Below are positions 1 to 10,200 of a stretch of 64,000 nt of DNA, in pieces. Source of the DNA: Myxococcota bacterium. GTDB taxonomy: Bacteria > Myxococcota > XYA12-FULL-58-9 > JABJBS01. A program made the translations under genes and the position numbers. The notes under the pieces were generated by a model that worked only from the letters and a program-made list of their open reading frames with translations, did no database searches and was not told where the DNA came from. Position 1 is the first letter of the stretch; the number at the start of each line of letters is the position of its first letter. The stretch lies in the NCBI GenBank assembly GCA_036339465.1, contig JAYZAY010000067.1, forward strand, positions 32,001 through 96,000, written 5' to 3'.

Positions 1-190
1 GGCCAAAACCGCTCCTAGCATTAAAGACGGGATAATTAGTACATGCGTTCCCAAAACTAAACAAGTTCATCGCACCCTGGGCCAAGCCTTTCACCGCCCA
101 ATTAAACACGGCAAAGAAGATCTGATTGTTGCGATTCCCGCGATTTCGATGTCTATACACATAGGCTTCCGACAGAGAAACAACCAAAAC

Positions 191-3100
191 ATGTCCATCA
201 CAATTGAGAACGCTAAACCAAAAAAACGATATCGACGCATTTTCTATGCCGCCCTACTGCTCGAACTCCTCTTACAAAGCCTGCTCCATGGTGGTGTCGC
301 AATCGATGGACTTTATGACCAATTTCGCCTCCGATTAGCGGCAGAAGGAATTAGAGTCGGCGATGTCCAGTGGGATCTCACAAACTATTTGACCATTTCA
401 GATCTTGAATTCAAAAAAGACAACTCCAACCAGAACCTCCACACCATTATACCCAAAATGGAAATCCGCTGGACCCTCTCGAGTCTCTTAGCCGAGAATC
501 CCACCATAGAGAGTATCTCCCTGGATTCTCCCACCCTTCGCTTTATCCAAACAAACACCACTACTAACTTCAACCCCCCGACCACCGACGCACTTCATCC
601 CCAATCAGTGCTAGAAACATTGGCCCTTCCCCTTCAACAGTTACGTCAACTCAAAAAACTCCCAGTAACCTTTGCAATTAAGCAGCTCTCTCTTCGCAAT
701 CTGACCGTCGAAGCCAAAGCCAAAGCGGCTACTTTCACATTAAACTCCGTGGGGGTCGAATCATCTATTCGCATAACCGACCAAGAGAAATTGTTGGACC
801 TCCGAATCTTGCCCACAGGGGACGCCACTGAATCCAAAACCCCCACCATGAGTCTCAAAACCCGCGATGGTTTATTGACCATCAAAGCCCTGCCGCATCT
901 AATGTACCGACATAATATCGCCACCGAATTCGTCCAGATATCCCAAAAACTGGAGGGACAAGTAGCTTACCAAAATGGCGCCAATGTCATTTTCAAAACA
1001 AGCATTGATTCTACAATAAATTACAAAGACAAACTGTCTTTGAAAATCTACCCCAACTTTCAGCTTGGAAACGACTGGATAAATTTTGACGCAAAAGTCG
1101 AAACAGACATAACACCACTACAAATCAAAATTCGAAACCTAGAAATGAGTGCAAAGGCAAACTTAAATCCAGTCATCGAGACTTATCTTCCGAACGCTGG
1201 GCACAAAATGACCGGTCGCGCTCACCTCTCCGTTCAAGGCTCGGGGCACCTCTCACCACTTCTGAAGCCTAGGGCCATAAACCTTGATTTAGCGCTGAAG
1301 TCACCCCAAATCCAGATTGAAGATCCGGAGAAGACTGTACAAGTCAGCAACATTGATTTTGGGATCCACTTTAAAGAAAACCATCTTCAATCGAAACTCA
1401 TGGGCAACCTTGATCGCATCAAAACGCCCGATTTCGAAATCGGCGAAACACAATTTACGACCACCCTAAACCAACATTTTTCTGTTCTTCCCTCGAATAT
1501 CAAAGATTTCCACCCCAACGTAGAAACATCCCTAAGAATAAAACACATACGAACTCAAGACCTTCTCATTCAGAAACTCAATATCGCTCAAAGAGGTTTG
1601 CTTTGGCCCCAAGACACCACCGCCCCCTGGGTACTCACACATCCCCTCAACCATCACATCCAAGTATCCGCTGAAAAAATAGAGAATCCAAAAGCCACAA
1701 TCGGCCCCCTTTTCACCGAAACAAAAATAGAAGGCAAAAAAGGTGGCCAAAAAATCGACATTACTCTAAGCCATCCCCTCACTCATATCCGTACGAAATT
1801 CCTACAAGAGGACCCTCTCAATTTAACATCCGAGATGCGCGCGAGCATTCTCCCTGAGAAGATCTCGGTTACACTACAACTTCACGAACAAACCCTCGTG
1901 GTCAATTCTCGCCTGAATCTCGATATCGCCCACCGAAACTTCAAGCCACACACCATTGGCTCTATGAAGTTTGAATCAACCATGGATAACCTGAGCCTAG
2001 CCGCCTCACATTTTGTTCCCCCCGAAAATGGAATCATTCAAAGCGGCTCTTTAGCTATCCATATGCAACAAAAACATCCCCTAAAACTACAAGCCATCGA
2101 AGCATGGGTCGACAAATCCCCCCCCAATCAAACCACAGAAAAGATCCTTCACGGCACCTCCCTATTACGCGAACTCAGCCGATACTTTACCCTCAACCTT
2201 ACAAGCGACAACCTTGATATAGACCATCCACAAGGTAAAATCGAAGCTCTCACCTTTCGCACCTCCTTCGAAAACGCCACCCTCAAAACGGCGCTCAGCT
2301 TAACCGACATCGAAGTAAAAAAGGTAACCACGACCACCCACAAGCTCAACGCTCTAAGCCTACACTGTGACCTACGCCTCTCACCTTCCAACATTAAACC
2401 AAGTATCACTATCCAAATTGGGAATATAAAAGACCAAGCAAAAAAAGACGACCTCGGTTCTCTCGTGCTCCATTCCGGCTTCACATGGTTCGTCGGGCAA
2501 TTCCTAAACATAGACAGATTTCAACTCGAGCTTCCTGAAATCGAAGCGATGATATCCAGCAAAGGAAAAATTCTGAAGCCCCTGAAAAAGATAGAATCTC
2601 TCCAACATGGAAGGCAAATGGCTGTGCTCCCCATAGCCGATCTGGAATATTTCCTCAGTTACCGCCCTAGAGCATCCCTAAGCTATCTATCAGAACTCGA
2701 ACAATTCCGCGGAGCTCTTGAGCTTCAAGGTTCTCTATTCACCCAAGACCAAGACTTCTTCACAGAAGCCACACTCACCTTCTCTCACCTACATGCTTCG
2801 AGAACCGACATGGACCTAAAAAACCTCCATGGCACCCTTCCGGTTAAGCTCGCTTTTACCCTCGATGCAGCCCAGGGGGCTGTGCCCATCTTTGAATCTG
2901 AAAAAATGACATTATTCATCCCCAACCACACCAACAAGCAAACGAAAAGTCATATTTCCCCCAATAGTCTTTTCACTTCCAACCACCTAAACTCCCTCTC
3001 CGTTGACCACCTCAAGCTCGGCAAACTTGAAGCGAAAAATGGTTCTCTCGTGGCATTGCTCACTTCAAATGGCCTTCAGGTTCCCCAGGCCCGAGTCAGT

Positions 3101-3640
3101 CTACTCGGAGGCGATATCTGGGGGCATTTCAGTACAATCATTCAGTCCCCAGACCTCCTTGAAATCAATCTTGGGGTCCAACTCTCTGGCATTGACGCCA
3201 GTTATTTCAAAACCTTAAATCTCATTCCGGGACCAGAGTCTGCATTGAACGGCAATATGCAAATGAAACTAAGCTTGGGAAGCCACTCTAGAAATCTTGA
3301 GGCAGACTTCAACGTAACCCATATTGGCAGAAAAACCTTAGACCGCTTCTTACAAACCCTTGACCCCGAAAACAAAGACGAGAAAATCCAAAAGACCCGA
3401 AATTACCTGAGCTATCTCAGACTCAACTCCTTAAGCGCATGGATCCGCCACGAACAACTCAATATGGATTTGGATTATGATTCACTCATAGGCATCCCCA
3501 AAACGGCATTAAGCTTTAAACCAGTCCCAAACAAACTCTTGAGGCGCTACGATATTTCGGAGAATATACTCGACCAAGTTCTCCAACCAAAAGTCAATGC
3601 GTATATTGCACCACTATTCGGATGGAAAAATGAATCCTAA
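191..3640 (+). CDS. AsmA-like/YdbH-like bridge-type envelope protein (putative intermembrane lipid transport protein), ~1150 aa
   Basis: Basic N-terminus then a hydrophobic anchor (KKRYRRIFYAALLL..); AsmA/TamB-like N-terminal pattern (MEIRWTLSSLL..IESISLDSPTLRF); long alternating beta-strand character; YdbH-like C-terminal pattern (LHGTLPVKL..LSVDHLKLGKL..SLLGGDIWG). Start uncertain: ATG at 149 or 191, and the frame is open back to the window edge. Confidence 0.6.
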   Translation: MSITIENAKPKKRYRRIFYAALLLELLLQSLLHGGVAIDGLYDQFRLRLAAEGIRVGDVQWDLTNYLTISDLEFKKDNSNQNLHTIIPKMEIRWTLSSLLAENPTIESISLDSPTLRFIQTNTTTNFNPPTTDALHPQSVLETLALPLQQLRQLKKLPVTFAIKQLSLRNLTVEAKAKAATFTLNSVGVESSIRITDQEKLLDLRILPTGDATESKTPTMSLKTRDGLLTIKALPHLMYRHNIATEFVQISQKLEGQVAYQNGANVIFKTSIDSTINYKDKLSLKIYPNFQLGNDWINFDAKVETDITPLQIKIRNLEMSAKANLNPVIETYLPNAGHKMTGRAHLSVQGSGHLSPLLKPRAINLDLALKSPQIQIEDPEKTVQVSNIDFGIHFKENHLQSKLMGNLDRIKTPDFEIGETQFTTTLNQHFSVLPSNIKDFHPNVETSLRIKHIRTQDLLIQKLNIAQRGLLWPQDTTAPWVLTHPLNHHIQVSAEKIENPKATIGPLFTETKIEGKKGGQKIDITLSHPLTHIRTKFLQEDPLNLTSEMRASILPEKISVTLQLHEQTLVVNSRLNLDIAHRNFKPHTIGSMKFESTMDNLSLAASHFVPPENGIIQSGSLAIHMQQKHPLKLQAIEAWVDKSPPNQTTEKILHGTSLLRELSRYFTLNLTSDNLDIDHPQGKIEALTFRTSFENATLKTALSLTDIEVKKVTTTTHKLNALSLHCDLRLSPSNIKPSITIQIGNIKDQAKKDDLGSLVLHSGFTWFVGQFLNIDRFQLELPEIEAMISSKGKILKPLKKIESLQHGRQMAVLPIADLEYFLSYRPRASLSYLSELEQFRGALELQGSLFTQDQDFFTEATLTFSHLHASRTDMDLKNLHGTLPVKLAFTLDAAQGAVPIFESEKMTLFIPNHTNKQTKSHISPNSLFTSNHLNSLSVDHLKLGKLEAKNGSLVALLTSNGLQVPQARVSLLGGDIWGHFSTIIQSPDLLEINLGVQLSGIDASYFKTLNLIPGPESALNGNMQMKLSLGSHSRNLEADFNVTHIGRKTLDRFLQTLDPENKDEKIQKTRNYLSYLRLNSLSAWIRHEQLNMDLDYDSLIGIPKTALSFKPVPNKLLRRYDISENILDQVLQPKVNAYIAPLFGWKNES

Positions 3641-4217
3641 ATACACAATCCTAAGTCTTTTTCTACTCTCTTGCAGCTGTGTCACCATCCAAACAGTCAA
3701 CATTGGACAAAAAACATCTCTCGAGCGCCAACTTATGGGCGACTTTCAAAAACTCAATGAAGAAGAATATTCTGCCATCAGTGTTCGAAGCAAGATAGCC
3801 AAAAAAATGCGAAAGCAATTCGACACGAAATTCCGATTACTACGGGCCCGCCAGAGGCATCTATTTAACCTCGACGACCTAAATCGTTTCCTCCTTGAAG
3901 ACTGTTTAAGAGAGAAGCATGGCTGGCAGTTGGTCACCCATCACTGCGACCTCGCTGAAAAAGAGGCCGGTGCAAAAGAACTCATAGATAAACTCATTCG
4001 AGAAGAAAACACCGATCGAAACGAAATTTTTCTCTTTTTCACCCAGCGCTACAATCTAAACAGTCGCGTCGAGCTCGCCTCTCTAAAAGATGCACTCCAG
4101 AAACTCTACCTCCAGTCCTCTCCTGAGACAACGTGGTTCCAGCCCAAAGAAAACGGGGCCTGGAGACAAAGACAACAATCTCAAAAACACCCCAAACCGT
4201 TGGAAAACAAAACATGA
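3630..4217 (+). CDS. Predicted lipoprotein, DUF1318/YdbL-like
   Basis: ATG 3630 overlaps the upstream stop; lipoprotein signal MNPKYTILSLFLLSC/SC; YdbL-like motifs LREKHGWQL, LIREENTDRNEIF and C-terminal WFQPKENGAW. Confidence 0.6.
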   Translation: MNPKYTILSLFLLSCSCVTIQTVNIGQKTSLERQLMGDFQKLNEEEYSAISVRSKIAKKMRKQFDTKFRLLRARQRHLFNLDDLNRFLLEDCLREKHGWQLVTHHCDLAEKEAGAKELIDKLIREENTDRNEIFLFFTQRYNLNSRVELASLKDALQKLYLQSSPETTWFQPKENGAWRQRQQSQKHPKPLENKT

Positions 4218-7200
4218 AGTGCAACGGTTCTGCTCACTCTCTCTTGAGCATCATACTGGCCCTCTGCGCATTCACTGGATGCAAAGACCGATTGCGCCAC
4301 CCCATTCATTTAGCACCGCCACAAAAGGATGAAAGCATCCTAAAGCACCCCCAACCTCTCCTAGAAGAATTTGGGAATCAATTTCACCCAAACGCCCATC
4401 CCACCACCCAAGATATCGTCTTTGTTTCAGACCAAAGAGGTAACCAAGACATCTATTTCTATGAGGCCCAAAAACAAACCATATCACGCCTCACCCAATC
4501 GACCGCCGATGACTTCATGCCAAGTATAAGTCCCGACGGAAACCGAATCGCTTGGGTCAGTCGCTCTGAAGATGCCAAAGGCGACATTTGGGTCATGGAT
4601 ACCAATGGCAACAACCCCACTAAAATCACAAGTGCTTCCACCAGAGACGCCTCACCTAGTTGGCTGACCAACAACCTCCTAGTCTTCGAAACTCAAAAAG
4701 GCCTAAAATCAACCGATGACACCACCGTCATGCTTTATGACTTAGCAACCCTTAAAGCATCCATCCTAAGCAATAACAGTTTCCACCCCCAGGCACAGGC
4801 ACAATCCAAGCAGGCATTATTCCTCCAAAAAAAACCGGATACAAATCACCTAGAGCTGTGCCTCTATTCCCATACAAACAAGAGAAGACGCATTTTGGGA
4901 GAAGTCCCACAACACTCCACTTCCCCCTTTTTTTTCGAAACCTCTCCTGGATCTCCAATCGCCTATGTCGGCGCCACTGTCTTTAGTTCAGACACCAACA
5001 ACGATCACAAAGTGAACACCGATGATCTGCCATCCATTTATCGTTTCACACTAAAAGAAAACAAGCTCGGAATTCCCACATTAGGACACCCCGAACCCCT
5101 AACACTTCCAACCCAAGGACTCCGAAAAGTAACAATAAGAGACACACATCTCCTCTTTTCCGTTTTTAACGGCCAAAATCTCGACATCTACCAACTACCC
5201 ATCACGGGGATTAAGTCCCCTACTGCAACCTCAACCACCCTTCTAGAGCTTTATCATCAATCGTCCGATGTTCACATACGCACCTTTATTCTGAGAAATC
5301 TCATCATAGAGCGAACCACTCAACAAACAGATGCATACCGAGAACTCGCGTGGAGCCTAGCCCAACAAGGACTCTACCTTGCAGCCAAAGAGGAAATCCA
5401 GGCCGCAATTAAACAAGTCCCGGCAACTGACCAAGACTTATTAGAACTCGCAAAAATAGACCTTAGTCTAGAGCAAGAGAAGTCGATTTCTTCTAAGACC
5501 GATGAATCCAGTCAGCGCCAAAAAGAGCATAAGCGAATGACCTTGAGCAGAGCGATCCTCGCACGTAATCAAGATTCCCCAAGAGTCACTTGCGCTGCAA
5601 AACTGGTCATAGCGAGACTTTATCATCACCAAAAAATGTTTGGAGAAACATGGGACGAGCTTCACACCCTTAGAAAAGAGAGCAAATGCTCAGACTTGCA
5701 AAGGGCGCGGGCTACAGTCCATGCCCTCGATGTCTTATTCGAAATGGGCCAAGAGATCGCCAGGTCGACACTTCTAACTGAATTAGAAAAAACCACAGGA
5801 ACTGGAGTTGATAAAGCAATCCAAGGGGAATTCAAAAAATGGGTCGACCGTTTTCTAGACAGTCATTCTGTCTTAGAGCAACTTGATTTTCTAGCTGACA
5901 GTCTGAATCACTATTTTAAGAAAGGTGATTTGCGCGCTACCCTGCTCTATCGTCGGTCGCTTATTCTCGAGGACATCAACGACCACCCACGTGCACTAAA
6001 AGACCTGGATGAAATCATAAAAATAACCAACGACAGAGAGCTCTTTTCTCGGGCTGCTATGAGACGCTTGAAACTTCACGATACAGCCAATCAAGACAAG
6101 GACCAAACCAAGGAACTCCTACGAATAATTCGAGATCCACGTCTTCTATTGGAACAACGCGGAAAGATGCTTCAGGCCATCGACAAGATCATAGGCTCGA
6201 AAGCACTAAAACTCGAACGTATTGGAAAACCCCTTGAGGCAGTTCGAGTTTATCGCTCGCTTCTCAAGGCCAACCCCCAAGATTCGAAGACCCTTCGAAG
6301 AATTCTCACATTAAGCCATACACTTGGAAAAGGGCTTCAATACACCTGGAAATCCTTGTCGCCATCGACTCTGTCCCAAGGAGTCTACCACTATGGCCAA
6401 GCCCTCATGGACTCCTTTGGGAAATTACCAAAACTCGATGGCATCGAAAAGAATATTCGAATTGCACTCGAACTCAATCCTCGAAATTTTTCCGCGCGGC
6501 TACTGCTTGGCTGGGTCTACGAGAAACGGGAAACACAAAGCCCCAATAAAGGCTGGCTCGAAAAAGCAATCGATATATACGAAACACTTCTCGAGAATGT
6601 ATCTGAAGCCAAGGCGCCCTTTATCTACGCCGCCGTCCACCAAAATCTCGGCATGGCATTTCACAGACTTGGAAAACTAGATAGGGCCTTCAAGTTTTGG
6701 CTAAAGCGTTATCAAACAGAGATTCCCTTCGACGGCCCCGAACAAAATTTGGGTTTCCTATTTACGCTAGCTCAGACCTCTCTTTCCACCGGCGAGCTTG
6801 ACGTTGGCTTGGAAATATCAAGAACGATCTTTAGAAAATCATGGTCAATCAATTCAGCCTCCTACATTCATCGAGCCGCCCTACTACAAGCCTCTCTCTA
6901 TTATGTGCAAACAGACTATGAAGCCGCTCGTTATTGGTATCGCTTTCTAGGAAATATGCTGTCGGTAAATCCTCCAATCATTGTCCTACGGGGACTTGCA
7001 CTCACAGAACAAATGCTCGGAAATTACATGGAGTCAATGCAATATTGGCGTCAACTCTATGACCGAATCGCCGAACGAAAATCCGACAAGAAAGACCCCT
7101 TGGATTCTTTTTTCGTGGTCCTCCAACCAGCGAACCCTGCAAATATCACCGCCGCTCCCTTCGGGTTTCGATCCACACACGAAAAAGCGAATGCACTTGA

Positions 7201-10200
7201 GGGCTTGTTCAGGGTGAGCAATGCCACCGATAAACAGTTAAATATTCTCAAGGAACGTCAGGCCATACTCGAGAAGATGCTTAGGGATTCACCACTGCCC
7301 GCAACGTTTATTCCCGAATTGAGCCAGACACTCGAAGCCATCTACAAAACCCTAAAAACATCAAAACAGCATCTTTCCCTTAGAACGTCCGTCGAAAAAA
7401 CACTAAAAATGGCCATCAACCTACGGGTATTTGGAAGCATCATCCAATTAACACAACTTTATCTCGATGGTTTTGCTCTCGCCGCTCCGCCCATCATTCC
7501 TCCCTGGATCAGAGCCGGGCTCGATTTATTACCCAACGAGATTCCGACCATATACCAAGATGAGTTAAAGAGACTCAAAATAGAAATAGCAAGTTTAAAT
7601 TCTGCCACCACACTCGTTCTCGCTCATGCTGAAGCGAAGTCCCCCCTTGCAATCAAATCAGGTCTATTGAAAGCCGATCTCTCTGCGATCGATAAAACCC
7701 TCACTCTCGCCGGTACCGCGGATCTCTCGGAATTATGCTGGCAAACTCCAGAAACCGAAGAAACGTTAGAAACTTGGGGTAAAGCACTCGCTCAATACGA
7801 AGCAACCTATTTATGCTCAGAGCTAGAAGATAAGGGTTACCTAAATCAAGCCTGGTCTCGGTTTAGGATGAAGAGACATTCTACACTTGGTCCGAAGGCT
7901 ATGCTTTTGATGGAGGAGGTACTAGACCACGCCTTTGCCCATCAAGACGCCAACAGGATCTGGGAGGTCATTGAAAAGAGAACACTGATTGAACTTTACC
8001 CCCTCAAATTGGGAAAATCCTTTCCCATAAACCACCATGCCCTCGACAGCACCTTCCTAAAAGGTCTCGCCCAAGATGCGCCAAAACAAGAGCTACTCGA
8101 CCGACAAAAGCTCGCTGCCTACATTCCCAAGGGAAGCGCGCTGTTGCAATCTATCCAGATAAAAGGACTGCATTACTTTGTCATCTCCACTTCAAACGCC
8201 ATTGAGCAAATGAAATTATCAAATCCATCTTCCGTGGCTGAAAAAAGGATCTTCATCCAGAAACTTTCCAGATGGATTTCAGAGCAAAAAGTCAAACATC
8301 TCTTCTTTGGTGCCACACTCCACCAGCAACTTGGGCAGGAATTCATCCACAAAGCGCTTCGCAGTGCGACGCCCAAATTACGACAATTCAACCAGCTTTC
8401 CTTAACCCATCTGGCCTGGGCAGAGGCACTCTCTCCTTCTGGGATCCGCCGCCAAAAGAAAAATCCACCAAATCAGGAAAGCGCTAAAATCAATGCCGCG
8501 CTTGTTCAAGGCCTCTTGATGCGTAAGCATGGGTTCACTCCTCCCCACCTCGGGAAAACCCTGACGGACCCCAACCTTTATCAGCGTGGCTCTCCACTCA
8601 TTCTACTGGCCTCCCAACTCAGCGCCAGCTCCAGCAATGACCTCAACGCTAAAGCTCAGATGTTTTTGCATTGCATTCATCGGGGAATCCCCACCCTAGC
8701 GTTCCTCCCAACGCCCCCACAGACAATTGAGGGCATGGAACTAAACAGTGAACTCCTCAGAGAACTCGACAGGGTTGCCCTCGGTTCCCACAATACTGCA
8801 GACGGTATTTATTTCGGGCGCCCCTTAGCAGACAGCGCTACCCTATTCCGAGAAAGCCTAACCCGCTTTCTCGCTTCCTTTCGCCAGGCGGCGGTAGCGG
8901 CTCTTCCGCTCAAGAAAACCCGTGCAAAATTGGATGAGAGTACACTTGAACATGCGGAAATCCTTCTTCGCAAGGTTTTAATTACATTGGATTTTCTTTC
9001 CTACCACCCAATCTTTGCGGGACTTCGGAAAGATTTTGCCACAACCCAAGCATCACTCCCAAAAACAATCAGAAAGTGGGGCGCCATGCTCTTAAGCGGT
9101 GGAGAAGCTATCAGGCAGATGCTCATGGTCCCACTGAGCAAAGCCTTATCCCTAAATGGGAGACAGCGAGAAGCCATCGAGATTTTCGAGCGGATAGCGC
9201 AAAGTAGTCCGAAGAAATCATTGAGACTGCAGGCCCTGTTGAATCAGGCCAAGCGCCACATGGAGAGCCATTCCTACCCCCAAGCCGCCGAAACATTGAA
9301 GCGATGTATTAAAATAGGTAAGGGGCACGAATTGGATGCAGCTTACCCTTGCTACGTCACCCTGCCCAATGCGCTAAAGAAATCCGGCCGTATCAGTGAA
9401 GCGGGCCGGGTTTACAGTGATTTACTCAAGCTCTTAGGGACAAATGACCCTAGGCGTATTCGAATTGTCAGAGAATTTGCGCTTTTGGTAGAACAACCCC
9501 TAAACGCCTACGACAAGGCACTCAAACTCATTCGTGAGGCGATTTCAATGTCTGGAGAAATTGAAATCGATGGCGCTCTCAAAACGAACTTGCTCATAGA
9601 CGAGGCACGGCTTCTTCGAAAGATGGGCATGTTTCAATTGGCGCTCAAGCGGATCGAGCGCGCCAAAGTCCAGGCTCTGCATATGCCTATCGCACTCGCG
9701 AATGTCTGGTTGGAGCATGCCAGGATCCATTGGTACCAAGGTCGCTACGCCGACGCTTTGAAATCACAAAAGCAAGCCCTTCTTATCGCTGACCAATTGG
9801 GAAGTTCTTTTCTACAAATCCAGTGTTTTAGTTTAGAGGGACTCATTTTACTCAACCAAGGAGAGCTCGAAGCCGCGAAACAGCGGATCGAAGCTGCACT
9901 TCTATTGGCCAGAAAAACCAATCGCAAACAAGAAGAGGCCATTCAACTCAACAATCTTGGTACCGTATACCGAGCTCTCGGTGAACTTGAGGACTCAGTT
10001 GTCGCGTTTCGAAAAGCTGAAACCATTGATAGAAAATATCGAGACCATTATGGCCTCGCCTACGATCTCCGCAATTTGGCCACAACCAAAATAAAGCAGA
10101 ACAAACCTAGAGAGGCTAAAAAACTATTCCTTCAAGCCATCGAAATAAGCGAGAAGCTTAAGGACCCGTACAACCTGGCTCAATCGCTTTTGAGTCTGGC

